Shown piece after piece: positions 37,750 to 50,245 of a stretch of 64,000 nt of DNA. Numbering within the stretch: position 1 is the stretch's first letter; each line of letters starts with the position of its first letter. Made by a program: the position numbers and the translations under genes. Below the pieces are notes generated by a model. The model saw only the letters and a program-made list of their open reading frames with translations, did not search any database and was not told the DNA's origin. This DNA comes from Octopus sinensis. Taxonomy: Eukaryota. The DNA is taken from the NCBI RefSeq assembly GCF_006345805.1, contig NC_042998.1:154814001-154878000 (forward strand), given 5' to 3'.

Positions 37750-40700
37750 CATCACCTGATGGACCACGTATCACCATCCACGTGATGGACCACGCATCAC
37801 CTGCCCCAAAACAGAGGTACGCAGATGTGGTGCGTGCCACAAACCACCAACGTGTTGTTGAAAGGGCAGCTGCTGAGCAAGAATCTTTTTTGTGCATGGC
37901 ACAAAAGATTGTACAGCAGCTAACCTGGCTCCATCAAACTCAAGCTCGCAGATGGAACTACCCACAGTTCACAAGACCGTCACAGCAGATGAACCCAGGG
38001 TGGACACCACCGGTAACAGCATACACCTCACCTCGATGCTCCTACTGAACATCAGAGGACTACTAACACACAGTAACAGGGCAAAAGTCCCGTTCTTGAG
38101 AGACTTTGTCGCATGCAATCAAGCCTTATGCATAGCACTCACGGAAACGCACCTGAAACCGGACATAGCAGATGCGGAATTACACATACCACAGTATGTT
38201 GTACTACGGACCGACAGAAAAGAAAGGAGTCATGGAGGAGTTGCTATGTACATCCGTGAGGACCTCACACCCCAGGTCCTTTTGTCATACTCAAACTCGG
38301 TGTGTGACACACTAATTGTACACATAAGGCAACTTGATGTAGTTGTGTGTGCTACATATCGCCCTCCAGATGCCCCAAGCCATATGGGCAAGTTTGAGGA
38401 CTGCCTTTTAAAAATAGAAGTTCTAATCACATTAGAACAACACATAAGTGTACTTCTCATGGGAGACTTCAATCTACCCAATGTCAGATGGCCCGAGGGC
38501 CTTTCTCTCCCAGGAATGACAAGATGTGAACGAGGACAGGTGAGGTCCCTCCTGAACCTCATCAACACCCTGTACATGGAGCAAGTAATACTCCAACCAA
38601 CCAGGGCAGGTAACACACTGGATCTCTGCTTCACAAATAATATGGATCTCATCCATAATGTGAAAGTGACACCGACACTACTCTCGGATCACAACATGGT
38701 AGAGCTGACCATGTACGGGCCAAAAGAGAGCACGGACATACAGCCTACAAGAAACCCTCAGAATCTTTCCAGCTTGAACTTCAATAAGGCAAACTGGAAA
38801 CAAATTGAGAAAGAGATCCTCAAACAAAACTGGCCTGAATGTCTCTCCTCGCCGGACATCGACATGATACTTCAACAATTTATGTCTGTAATGCAAGCCA
38901 TATGCTACAAATGTGTCCCAGAGAGAAAGGCCACTGTACACAAGAACAAAATCCCCAGAGAGAGGAAAATTTTAATGAGACGGCGTACAAAAATTTCAAA
39001 TCGCCTAAACAAACAAATTGAAAGCAGTGAAAAGTCCCGCCTGAAAATAAAACTGTTGGAAATTGAAAATTGTCTGCAACTCTCCCATGAGAAGGAAAGA
39101 GCAGACAAAGAAGCCTGGGCTATAGACAACATAAAAACTAACCCCAGAGCTTTCTACAGGTATGCCAAAGAAACAGCTACGGTACACTGTAGGATAGGGC
39201 CACTCCTTGAAAAGGATGGCACACTCACAGGAAAACCAATGAGGGTAAGTGAAATACTGAATGAACAATTCAAGAGTGTTTTCACTCCACCCCTTGGGCA
39301 TTTCCAAATCAGCAATCCAACTGCAGATATAGAATCAGAGGCGGCGACGATAAATTGCATCGATATAAAGGAAGACAATGTAATAAAGGCTATAGATGAA
39401 ATGAAAACAGACTCAGCTATTGGCCCCGATGGATTCCCGGCAATCCTCCTAAAAGTATGTAAGAGAGTCCTAGCAAGACCACTGCAGTTCCTCTTTCAGA
39501 GCTTCCTTGCAGCTGGCAAACTTCCAAGAAAACTGAAGGAAGGTAAAATATGCCCTATTCATAAAGGAGGTAGTAGAGCGGAGGCCAAGAACTACAGACC
39601 TATCTCTCTGACCTCACACATCAGCAAGGTCATGGAACGAATAGTCAGAAGGAAACTAATCACCTTCCTTGAAGAAAATGACTTGCTGCCTGACACCCAA
39701 CATGGTTTCCGACCAGGAAGAAGCTGCTTAACTCAGCTCCTGCAGCACTATGACTGGGTGCTGAAACAACTGCTCAACCACTCAAATGTGGAAGTCATAT
39801 ATCTCGACTTCGCAAAGGCCTTCGATAAAGTCGATCATGGAATGATATGTCACAAACTGCGTGATCTTGGCATAGTTGGAAAACTAGGAGAATGGCTTCA
39901 TGACTTTCTGAAGAATAGAAGTCAGGTGGTAGCAGCCAATGGGGCCACCTCCATTAGCACGCAAATAGTGAGCGGTGTTCCGCAGGGCACTGTTTTGGGA
40001 CCACTACTGTTCATAACGGCCCTCTCAGACATGCCCTCAGCCACGCAGAGAGCCACGATCACAAGTTATGCAGATGATACAAAAGTTTCACAGGCAATAC
40101 AGAACCCTGAAGACACTAAGCACCTGCAATGTGAGCTGGACGAAATATACAAGTGGGCTGAAAAGAATAGCATGCAGTTCAATGCTGAAAAGTTTCAAGC
40201 TTTATACTATCAGCATGCAAAACTGAATGCAATACCCAATGAATACACTGGACCCGGAGGGGTTGCAATCCCAGAGGCACAATCAGTGCGTGACCTGGGT
40301 ATTCACATGAGTGATGACGCGACCTTTCATGTACATGTTGCTAAACTGACAATGAAATGTAGACGGCTGGCTGGATGGATTCTTAGAACCTTTAGAACAA
40401 GAGAACAAGAAACCATGATGGTCCTCTGGAAGACACTTGTCCTAAGCCACTTTGACTATTGCTCTCAGCTATGGTCACCATCCAGTGTCAAGTTGATCAC
40501 AGAACTTGAGGCGATCCAACGAAGCTACACGAAGAAGATAGCCTCTGTGCAGCATATGAGCTACTGGGAGAGACTCAAGAGATTAAAGCTCTATTCCCTG
40601 GAGCGTAGGCGAGAAAGATATGCCATAATATATATCTGGAAGATCCTGGAAGGTCTTGTCCCAGACTTTGGCATCGAGAGTCACACAAATGCCAGAACCG

Positions 40701-41070
40701 GACGCCACTGCGTAGTACCAAGGACTCCAAATTTGCCATCAAGATGTAGGACAAGATATTGTGATAGCCTGGGCTTCAGAGGCCCACGGCTCTTCAATAT
40801 CCTTCCGAAGAACCTGAGGGACCTGCATGGTGTAGATGCGGATGTCTTTAAAGTAGGACTGGATCTCTTCCTGTCAGGTGTCCCGGATGAACCAACTTCA
40901 CGGCAGGAGGTGCAGATGAGGGCAGCTGCATCGAACTCTCTCATGCATCAGATGGCGTTTGCTAAAAAGCATCCGTGAGGTAAAACCGTGTAGCAAACCA
41001 AATGGCGGTGCCCCAGCATGGCCACAGCTCATTAGCTGAAACTGGAAAAATCAATCAAAATCAAAATCAT
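37750..41070 (+). mobile_element. CR1-type LINE, truncated in ORF1, with complete ORF2 and (AATC/AAATC)n tail
   Basis: Probable ORF1 C-terminus at 37782-38048 overlaps ORF2; short 3' UTR; microsatellite tail at 41049-41070. Confidence 0.9.
37892..40978 (+). CDS. CR1-type ORF2: apurinic endonuclease plus reverse transcriptase (uninterrupted, 1028 aa)
   Basis: APE motifs LLNIRG, LTETHL, MGDFNLP, LDLCF, SDHNMV. RT motifs NYRPISLTS, QHGFRPGRSC, YLDFAKAFD, GVPQGTVLGPLLF, YADD. CR1-like C-terminus (YSLERRR, LDLFLSGVPDEP). The true start codon is uncertain. Confidence 0.92.
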   Translation: MHGTKDCTAANLAPSNSSSQMELPTVHKTVTADEPRVDTTGNSIHLTSMLLLNIRGLLTHSNRAKVPFLRDFVACNQALCIALTETHLKPDIADAELHIPQYVVLRTDRKERSHGGVAMYIREDLTPQVLLSYSNSVCDTLIVHIRQLDVVVCATYRPPDAPSHMGKFEDCLLKIEVLITLEQHISVLLMGDFNLPNVRWPEGLSLPGMTRCERGQVRSLLNLINTLYMEQVILQPTRAGNTLDLCFTNNMDLIHNVKVTPTLLSDHNMVELTMYGPKESTDIQPTRNPQNLSSLNFNKANWKQIEKEILKQNWPECLSSPDIDMILQQFMSVMQAICYKCVPERKATVHKNKIPRERKILMRRRTKISNRLNKQIESSEKSRLKIKLLEIENCLQLSHEKERADKEAWAIDNIKTNPRAFYRYAKETATVHCRIGPLLEKDGTLTGKPMRVSEILNEQFKSVFTPPLGHFQISNPTADIESEAATINCIDIKEDNVIKAIDEMKTDSAIGPDGFPAILLKVCKRVLARPLQFLFQSFLAAGKLPRKLKEGKICPIHKGGSRAEAKNYRPISLTSHISKVMERIVRRKLITFLEENDLLPDTQHGFRPGRSCLTQLLQHYDWVLKQLLNHSNVEVIYLDFAKAFDKVDHGMICHKLRDLGIVGKLGEWLHDFLKNRSQVVAANGATSISTQIVSGVPQGTVLGPLLFITALSDMPSATQRATITSYADDTKVSQAIQNPEDTKHLQCELDEIYKWAEKNSMQFNAEKFQALYYQHAKLNAIPNEYTGPGGVAIPEAQSVRDLGIHMSDDATFHVHVAKLTMKCRRLAGWILRTFRTREQETMMVLWKTLVLSHFDYCSQLWSPSSVKLITELEAIQRSYTKKIASVQHMSYWERLKRLKLYSLERRRERYAIIYIWKILEGLVPDFGIESHTNARTGRHCVVPRTPNLPSRCRTRYCDSLGFRGPRLFNILPKNLRDLHGVDADVFKVGLDLFLSGVPDEPTSRQEVQMRAAASNSLMHQMAFAKKHP

Positions 41071-42156
41071 CATACCAAGTTACAAGACAATTGACTAATA
41101 TCTTAAGATAATGGCAGTGTGAACTTTTCTCCAGTGCTGCTGCAACGGTCGTTGCATGTGGATGTAGGTCGTACATGAGTGAAGTTTTCTGCTTTGTACC
41201 TTGTCTTTATGCCATTGTATTAAAATTAATGATCGTCTTAAATTTAGTGTTGTTTACATTTCGTGATGACTCATAAGCCAATAACGCGTCATGATATTGA
41301 ATGCCCAATATTTGGTCCTCCATATGATCTTAGTGAGTTTTGCCAACTTACAAGGACGTACTAAAATGTATTTTATTTAAACGAGATAAGAAAAGAATGT
41401 AGTTAAGAAAGATCCTTTAATTAAATAAATTGTCAAGATCATAGCAAAAGGCTTGTGTTATGACTGAATCATTTAAACCGATAATCTTAAACTTTTATCT
41501 AAAGTAACAAGCATTACTAAAATCTGTGAAAAATAGAAAAAATGTACCATCGTTTCAAACAGAGTGCAATGTGTTTAAAAACAATGCAGCATAAAATTTA
41601 TTTGCAAGTCCAACTCCTTTAAAAACTGCAGTTGTAGTAGAGACAAAAATGTATCACAGAGAGAACAAAATTTATCACCAAAATGTGTCAAAAATCAAAA
41701 ATAGGTTTACATGTAATTTTATTTTAATGTGTGTGTAATCTAGACCTCATGTAACACATATATTTGGTGACCAAGTATTAAGAATAATAAAGAAACAAAG
41801 TCGAGAAGTCTTTTTATTTCACAAAATTTCGAAATTTCAAGTGCGTGGCAGAGTCTGAAGATAAAAATTTTAGAGCTTGAGATTTTAACACTTTTGTTTT
41901 TAAAGAATTTTACAAAAGAAAATTGATTCATAACAATGAATTTTAAAATAAAATAAGGAGTGGCAAACGTGTTATAAATTGATTTTTCACTTATTATTCA
42001 AAATTTCAAGTGGGCTGCGGAGTCTAATGATGTAAATTTAAGAACTTTAGATTTTAACACAGTCCTTTTTCGCAATAAAAATATTCTTAAAAACATCTGT
42101 ATAAAATCTGTATAAATCTGTATAAAACGTACCTTAATATATATATATATATATAT

Positions 42157-43935
42157 TAGAGATAAAATACATTTGGGGGCTTAAATCCAAAAGTATTAAG
42201 TATGATTTAACGTGGGGAAATAATATGTAAGGCCAAATCATATAGGTAGCAATTATTGTTATTTATGTTCTAGTGAGTTTAGGGAAATTTTATTTAATGA
42301 TCATAATAATTTAGTGAATACTTTGGATGAGCATAAAATTAAATGCAGACACAGATTACTTTACTTATATAATAAATTTCTACATAAATAATGACTATAT
42401 TTAAACCCTATTTTGTTCCTAATTTGTAGTTGTATGTACTAGTATTAATCTAAAATTTAGTATGTGATTTTATATGTTTGATTTAATATTATTAAATAAA
42501 TAATTAAATAATTTAATAAATTTAATAAATATATTAATTAATGATAGTCGTGTTGTGTTTCCAATTCTGTATGTCGTTTGGTATTAGTCAATAAGAGTTA
42601 TTAAAGGTTCTTTATATACTTATAGTTAGATATTTAGATGTTTATTTTATTACTAAATATTTAATGGTTTTAATGAATATATATTATATGAAGGTTAATA
42701 ATTTTGAATGTATAGGATAATAATTTTTTCTTTATGTAATACTTTTTTATAATGATAATATGTACTTTATTTATTCAATTAAACGATGTATTTGATCTAC
42801 ATATAATTTAGTTTAATTTATTATTGTTTATTATTGTTTAGCATTTATTTATATTATATGATATATAATATATATTTATCTTATACTACAGTTAAGTATA
42901 TAGTTTGTTATAAATTTGTTAAATTAATCAATTTGTATGTACTTTATATATATTTGAAGTAGATTTATTTAGATATTTATTTAATTAATATTATGTAATG
43001 AATTTTATTAGAATATAGTTTTTATATTAATTAGTGGTCATTTTATAGATAATGCTTGAATTACTACTGAATTAATTTTGAATGTGTCTAATAGTTATTT
43101 TTTATTTATATTAAGGTTTGATTACAACGTACTTTTTTTATATAAATTAATTAATTCTTATAAGATTTTTAGAGTATACACAGTAATTGGTAGTTATATA
43201 AATTATTTAATTTATTGAGTATTGAGTATAATTTATTGTAGTTATTTTTTAATGATAAATCTTATAGTATATAGTGGTTTTATTCTCTAATAGTGACTTT
43301 GTTCTCTTTATATTTATAGCTAAACTATAGCTGTTTCCTTTGACAATATTTATTCGTATTTTTCATTGATAAAATATATTCGTAGTTTTCATTGTTAAAA
43401 GAATTTTTCATCTATTTATTCTATTTCTGTTAATAACGTAATTCCACGAGTATTCTTATAAACGCTTAAAAGACGTTTTCCGTTTTAAAATTTTAGTTCA
43501 TGAAACGTCTTTGGAAAGCTAAGTAAACCATTTCTATTTAAGATTTTAAAGTATTTTAATAAGTCTTATTGTATTATATAATACAATGATCAAGTTATTG
43601 GGCAAAAAAATTATATTATATTATTAACAAAGCTTTTATAAAATTATGGGTTTTATAGATTTAAGAAAATGTTATTATTATTCCTTATATGATAATTTAT
43701 AATTAATAATTAGTACTTATAAAATGTTATTTACTTATTTATATATAATTTATTTTTATAAAGCTTTCTAATACATGCAAAGATCATGAGGGTAGAGTTG
43801 TTTTAGAGAAATAGAAACCAAGTAACTTAGATATTATTATCTATTTTTATCAGGTTTTAAATATTAATTAAGGAGGTTTAGAGGATCTTTTTAAGAGGAG
43901 ATTCACAGTAAATAAGGCATTAATTGACTCACATA
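42157..43935. other. Extremely AT-rich, T/G-skewed island; possible decayed organellar (mitochondrial-like) insertion
   Basis: Sharp start after (TA)n, visible T>A and G>C bias, no ORF. Only weak ND2-like peptide echoes. Confidence 0.3.
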
Positions 43936-44149
43936 CTAAAATCCTTAATACAATGGAAATACAATGGAAGGGAGGTAACCAAAATGCAATTTTAAAAAAT
44001 GAAAATAGAATTATGTATTTATATGGAAATCCTACATTTTATATTAAGAGTAAAGTATGGTTATATGGTGTATAATAATTTAGGCCCTCCCCCTCTCTCT
44101 GTATATATATATATAATAAATAGTAAATTAGAAGTTATGGCCAGTCATA

Positions 44150-44330
44150 AGGCAACTGTTTGTTTCACACCTATAAAGAGTTTAGCAGTATAGATGATTC
44201 ATGTAAGCTTTGCTTGGTAAAGAAAGCGAGAATCCTAAAAAACTCACTCGACCTAGGAACCTTTTTAAACTCCAGGAAAGAAATATTTAGTCTGTTTCCA
44301 CATCTAAAATGTTTCCTACTACAAACCTGG
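44150..44330 (+). pseudogene. PLE GIY-YIG C-terminal fragment
   Basis: SCKLCLVKKARIL...FLNSRKEIFSLFPH, matching the CxLCxxE...LNxRxE...CxH pattern of the other PLEs. Confidence 0.75.
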
Positions 44331-45239
44331 AATTCCTCATTTGTTGAAGGCCTGTCACAGCTCCTTCAAATACCACAAAGGCCAGAGCTGATGTAAGGGA
44401 GATAAACCCCGTCCCACCTGCAGTACGGACAATTATTTTTTTGCTTACAAAAACCGTTACATATTTCTACCTCCAGCAGTAGAGAAGTTATACTCCTTCA
44501 GCCATTTGAGTTTTTAGAACACAAATCTGTTCTACTCCTTGTCTATATCATTCTACAGGGATTTATATTTATTTTTCATTATATTCATTTACATTTCTTT
44601 ACTTTAATTTTTGAACCAATTTTATAATATTTCTATAAATTTCATACTCAACATATATACACCCACATGCACCGAAACATGTACACCCATTCACATGCAT
44701 ACACACATGTGTATATATACATGCATATAAACACATATACATATGTACATACGCATACATACACAATATATACATGCATATACACACATGTATATATATA
44801 TACACAGGATCATACACGTGCATATAGATAAACACATGCATATACATGCACAGATACACATATACATATACACATATGGACAAACACATTCAAATGGCCC
44901 CACCTATATACGCATACCTATACAAAATTACACATATGCATACGCGACGCACTCATACATGTACTTATCTACGTGCACATACATTCTCGAATCTGCAGGC
45001 TGACGCGTGTACATATAAAAACCTACATATATGGAAAACCATATATATACACATAGGAACCCTATGGGAAATCGTATATATACACATAAAAACCCTATAT
45101 ATGTATACATACATATACATACACATATATACAACCTCCATATATACATACACATATATACATATACAAATAGACATATGTGTACCCACACATACACCCA
45201 CCCACACCCATCTATAAAGACGTGCATATACACATCCGC

Positions 45240-48200
45240 ATGTATACCTAGAATTATGGTGCTTGAGATAGATGGAAACCCGAAAACAACATTGGTATGT
45301 GTGTATAGCCCACATAATTCGTCTGGGGCAGACGAGATTGAGAATTTTTATACAACCCTTCATTCAACCATTGAGCAAGTACCTCTCCATAATTTTCTAT
45401 TTATACCTGGTGATCTGAATGCTAGACTAGGACCCGATGAGACCAAGTTTACTTTCAACTCTAAAACTAATCGGAACGGAGAAATTCTCAAAGACTTCTT
45501 AGAGGAATTTAATCTCTACACCTCCAACAATTATTTTATGAAACTAAAAGGACAACTTTGGACATTCGAGTCCCCACTTGGTGATAGGGCACAAATTGAC
45601 TACCTCATCTTTCGAAAGAAGTGGCGCAATAGTGTTAAAAACTCGAGATCCTACTCTTCCTTTAGTTCTGTCGGCTCTGACCGCAGAATTGTATCAACTA
45701 CTGTTAAGTTTAGTCTTCGCTCATCCAAAAAAGCTAAGCCTCACCCGATGAAAACGATCGACTGGGCGGAAGTCTTGTCTAACCCCGATATGTCCAAACA
45801 ATTTACTATTGAGGTCTATAACACATTTCAATCTTTGTCTACTTCTGAAATAGATGCTGAGAACATTGAAGAAGTATACAGCAGCCTCATCAAATCAACA
45901 GAGGAAGTTGCACTGGCTACTCTTTCCAAAAAGAAGAGTAGGGGCCAGAGCAAACCTTCTAATTCCCCAAATGTCATCGAAGCCAGAAACCATCTAAAGT
46001 CTATATCACTAGTTTACCACCGTTCTCCATCCTAGTCACTGAAGATCCAACTCATAACTGCCAAGAAGAATCTTGATGAGGCTTACTTGAACGCCGAGGT
46101 CGACTTTATCAATGGCAAAATTAGCAAACTATCCAAAGAGCACATTAGTAAAAAACACCATCTCGCCTGGAAATCCATCAAAGACCTATCAGGCAAAAAT
46201 TCTGGGTCATCAATTAGAATTAAAGGGGGATCAGCTAAGAAGCATTTAGAAAATTGGTCAACTCATTTTAAAAACCTTCTTGGGAAGAATGCCCAAATCC
46301 CTGATAACCTCACTCTTCCAAGAGTGCCTATATCAGACACGCTGGACATCAACACCTCCCCTTTTACCATATTTGAACTAACAGCAGTCACTAAGCAACT
46401 AAAAGCCTCGAAAGCATTTGGTTCCGACAACATCCCAGCTATAATTTGGAAGGATGATAGATTTCACACACTTTTGCTCAACCTTTGCAACCACACACTT
46501 TCCACCTTTGTCGCTCCAAAGATTTGGCACCAATCTCAAATCATCCCAATACCCCAAAAAAGGCGATTTATCCCTCGTCACCAACTACAGGGGTATATCT
46601 CTAATGTCAATTGCTGCAAAACTATACAACAAACTGATTCTAAATCGTCTTGTCCTTTTTGTTGAACCTTTGCTCCGAAAGAACCAAAATGGATTCAGAC
46701 ATGGGCGCTCAACGCTGAGCCAGATACTATGCCTTCGCAAACTTATTGAAGAATCAAAAGCATTTAATCGCGACTAAAGCGTTCGACTCTGTAGATAGGT
46801 ACAAGATGTTTGAAATCTTATGCATAAGATCTGGTCGAACCAATTCTACTATATGGCTCAGAAACCTGGACGTTATCAAAGTTCCAGACACCCAGCTGAA
46901 TACTTGACAGACACTGACGACATCGCTCTTATCAGTGATTCTCTCTCCAATGCCCAGTCTCTTTTACAATCTCTCGAACAAGCCTCAAATTGTGTAGGTC
47001 TTTACCTCAATGAGGCCAAGACTGAATATATAAACAAGTGCCTGTCCAACAGTGATTGCATCATCCATACTCTCAACAATGCGCCCTTAAATATGGTTTC
47101 TGATTACAAATATCTTGGGTCATATATATCATCACCTGGAAAAGATTCTCTAACTAGAAAGGGTATGGCCTGGTCAGCCTGTAATGACATGCATAAGATC
47201 TGGTCATCAAACTTGAAATCTTCAAAGCCACAGTCGAACCAATTCTACTATATGGCTCAGAAACCTGGACGTTATCAAAGAAGCTTGAGAGGCGGTTGGA
47301 TGGAACCTACACTCGCCTCCTTATGAGAGCTCAAAATCTCTCGTGGAAGCGTCATCCAACCATGGGATACCAGACAAAATCATTTCTGCCATCAAGGTCC
47401 TCTACACTGATACGTCTTCAACCATCTTAACCCCTGACGGAGAAACATCATCTTTCTCAATCAAAGCCGGAATACTGCAGGGAGACACACTCGCCCCATT
47501 TCTTTTCATCATTGTCGTTGACTATGTGCTACGTATGTCAGTTGAAACCATCTCTGGCAAGGACTTTGAAATAAAACCAAGAAGAAGTTCCAGACACCCA
47601 GCTGAATACTTGACAGACACTGACTTTGCTGACGACATCGCTCTTATCAGTGATTCTCTCTCCAATGCCCAGTCTCTTTTGCAATCTCTTGAACAAGCCT
47701 CAAATTGTGTAGGTCTTTACCTCAATGAGGCCAAGACTGAATATATAAACAAGTGCCTGTCCAACAGTGATTGCATCATCCATACTCTCAACAATGCGCC
47801 CTTAAATATGGTTTCTGATTACAAATATCTTGGGTCATATATATCATCACATGGAAAAGATTCTCTAACTAGTCAGCCTGTAATGACATGCATAAGATCT
47901 GGTCATCAAACTTGAAATCTTCAAAGCCACAGTCGAACCAATTCTACTATATGGCTCAGAAACCTGGACGTTATCAAAGAAGCTTGAGAGGCGGTTGGAT
48001 GGAACCTACACTCGCCTCCTTATGAGAGCTCAAAATCTCTCGTGGAAGCGTCATCCAACCAAAATGCAAACATATGGGGAACTACCACCTGTGTCATCTC
48101 TTGTGAAGGGTAGGAGAGTCCAGTTTGCTGGACATTGTTGTAGAGCTAAAAACGAGGCAATTTCTACTCTTCTCCTCTGGAAGCCATCTACTCTCAATAC

Positions 48201-48350
48201 CAGAGGGCGCACACTCTCCTACCCTGATATAATCTCCAGGGATACAGGCATCCAACAACAGGACCTCCGTAATGCCATGATGGACCGTGAAGTCTGGCGT
48301 AACATGGCAAATTCCATTGTCTCGACCACGGTCGAACAATGATGATGATG
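45240..48350 (+). mobile_element. RTE-group LINE (RTE/RTEX/Proto2-like, clade uncertain), APE plus RT, rearranged, (ATG)n tail
   Basis: VYSPH, GDLNARLG, QIDYL, NYRGISLMS, QNGFRHGRST, GILQGDTLAPFLF, DFADDIAL, YKYLGS and LLYGSETWTL; tail ATGATGATGAT at 48340-48350. Confidence 0.88.
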
Positions 48351-48982
48351 ATAGGATTCCTATGTGTATATATATGGTTTTCCATATATGTAGGTTTTTA
48401 TATGTACACGTGTCAGCCTGCAGATTCGAGAATGTATGTGCACGTAGATAAGTACATGTATGAGTGCATCGCGTATGCATATGTGTAATTTTGTATATGT
48501 ATGCATATATATGTGGGGCCATTTGAATGTGTTTGTCCATATGTGTATATGTATATGTGTAGGTATATGTATGTGTATCTGTGCATGTATATGCATGTAT
48601 GTTTATCTATGTGCACGTGTATGAGCCTGTGTGTATACATATACATGTGTATGTATAAGCATGTATATATATATTGTGTATGTATGCGTATGTACATATG
48701 TATATGTGTTTATATGCATGTATATATACACGTGTGTATGCATGTGAGTGGGTGTACATGTTTCGGTGCATGTGGGTGTATATAGGCATATGTGTATGTA
48801 TATGCATATGGGTGTGTTTGTATATATGTGCTTATACTTATATGTACCTATGGGCGTGGGTATACGTATGTATGTATGCATGTGTACGCAGGTGTGTGTA
48901 TGCGTGAGCTTGGGTGAACATATACTGACGCATACACGTGGGTGTATGACTGTGTATGTGTATGTATATATATGTATGTGTG

Positions 48983-49041
<59 letters not shown>

Positions 49042-49068
49042 TTTATTTAAAGCAGCAGAAAATTCAAC

Positions 49069-49115
49069 AAAACCTATTACACTGAGTTTCCCGTTGCCGT
49101 TCATCGGACAGTTTT
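49069..49115 (-). ncRNA. Type I hammerhead variant (family H3; CCGAUGA core)
   Basis: aaaactgt-CCGATGA-a-cg-gcaa-cg-g-GAAA-ctcagt-GTA-ataggtttt. Confidence 0.7.
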
Positions 49116-50245
49116 TGCTAGAATGGAACCGATATGTCAATTCTATCCAGACTATTACAAATGCTACACCTTTAAAAATGGACTTGTTTGATTGGCCCTT
49201 TAGAAATAACGGTCAATTTTCGAGCGATAAAAATTATAAAATTCGAGGAAAAACCTTACATTGAATAAATTAATGAAGGAAATATAATTAATACATGGAA
49301 ATTGAAATTAAAATGTTAAAATGCATTAAAATATTGTACATATTCATATTAAAGTATACATATATATCAACATACACAGATAGATGCGTGCAAACCACAT
49401 ACATATACAGACGTATAAATATAAAGCTAAAATATACACACAAATGCATGTATACATATGTATACGCAATCTAGTTCGCGCGCAAGCTAAAATCATTACA
49501 GGCTGACCAGGCCATACGTTCTTATTTACGAAGCATAGTTTAAGACATGAGTAAGGGAGGGGGGACGTAAAGTTGCATGACTCTATACAAGTATAGTATA
49601 GGTAGAGAAAAAAAAATGAAAGAAAGGAAGAGAGAGAAAAAAGAAAGAGGGGGAAGGAAAAAAAGAAGAAAAAAGGAGGGGTGGGGGAAAACGAAATAAG
49701 AAAAAGTATGTATACAAGCTGTGTAACCACGTATATTGACACATATATAGAGAGACAAGTACACAAACACACAAATTCAAGTGTATACATACACATACAA
49801 TCGTGTATGCGTGTGCTCATGTACAAACATACGCTCACTTACACATACACAGAGACGTATGCTTACAAATACATATTCGTGGCTATACACATATTTACAT
49901 CAAAATTCTAATTTTTGACAACATTGCTTTTAAAAAAAATGGTGAGTGTAATAATGAAAATTATACGAAAGACATGTAAAATATAACACCCTATTTCGGA
50001 TCATCTATAAATTAAAAATCAAAGTAAGCCTATACAATATAATAACGTGAAATAAACTAAGCCGAAGGTTTTTCCTAAGGAATATGTAGAAATATAAACA
50101 AAATAAAATATATGCATGAGACTTTGCTATACGGAATGAAATCTGCATAGCGCGAAACAAATCTATCGTTGCGTTTACATACTAGTCCAAGAATCAAAAT
50201 CAAAATTTAAAAAAATCAAAAATACAAAAAGACAAAATATATACT

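Noticed and set aside
37728-41108. AATATTCTTAAGA / AATATCTTAAGA as the CR1 target-site duplication
   Set aside because: The second copy lies about 25-30 bp beyond the tail and is imperfect; likely chance in AT-rich DNA.
42171-42400. Cytochrome b-like YDLTWG...GQ peptide
   Set aside because: The flanking residues are polar, stops interrupt it, and conserved cytb residues are missing. Kept only as part of the weak organellar hypothesis.
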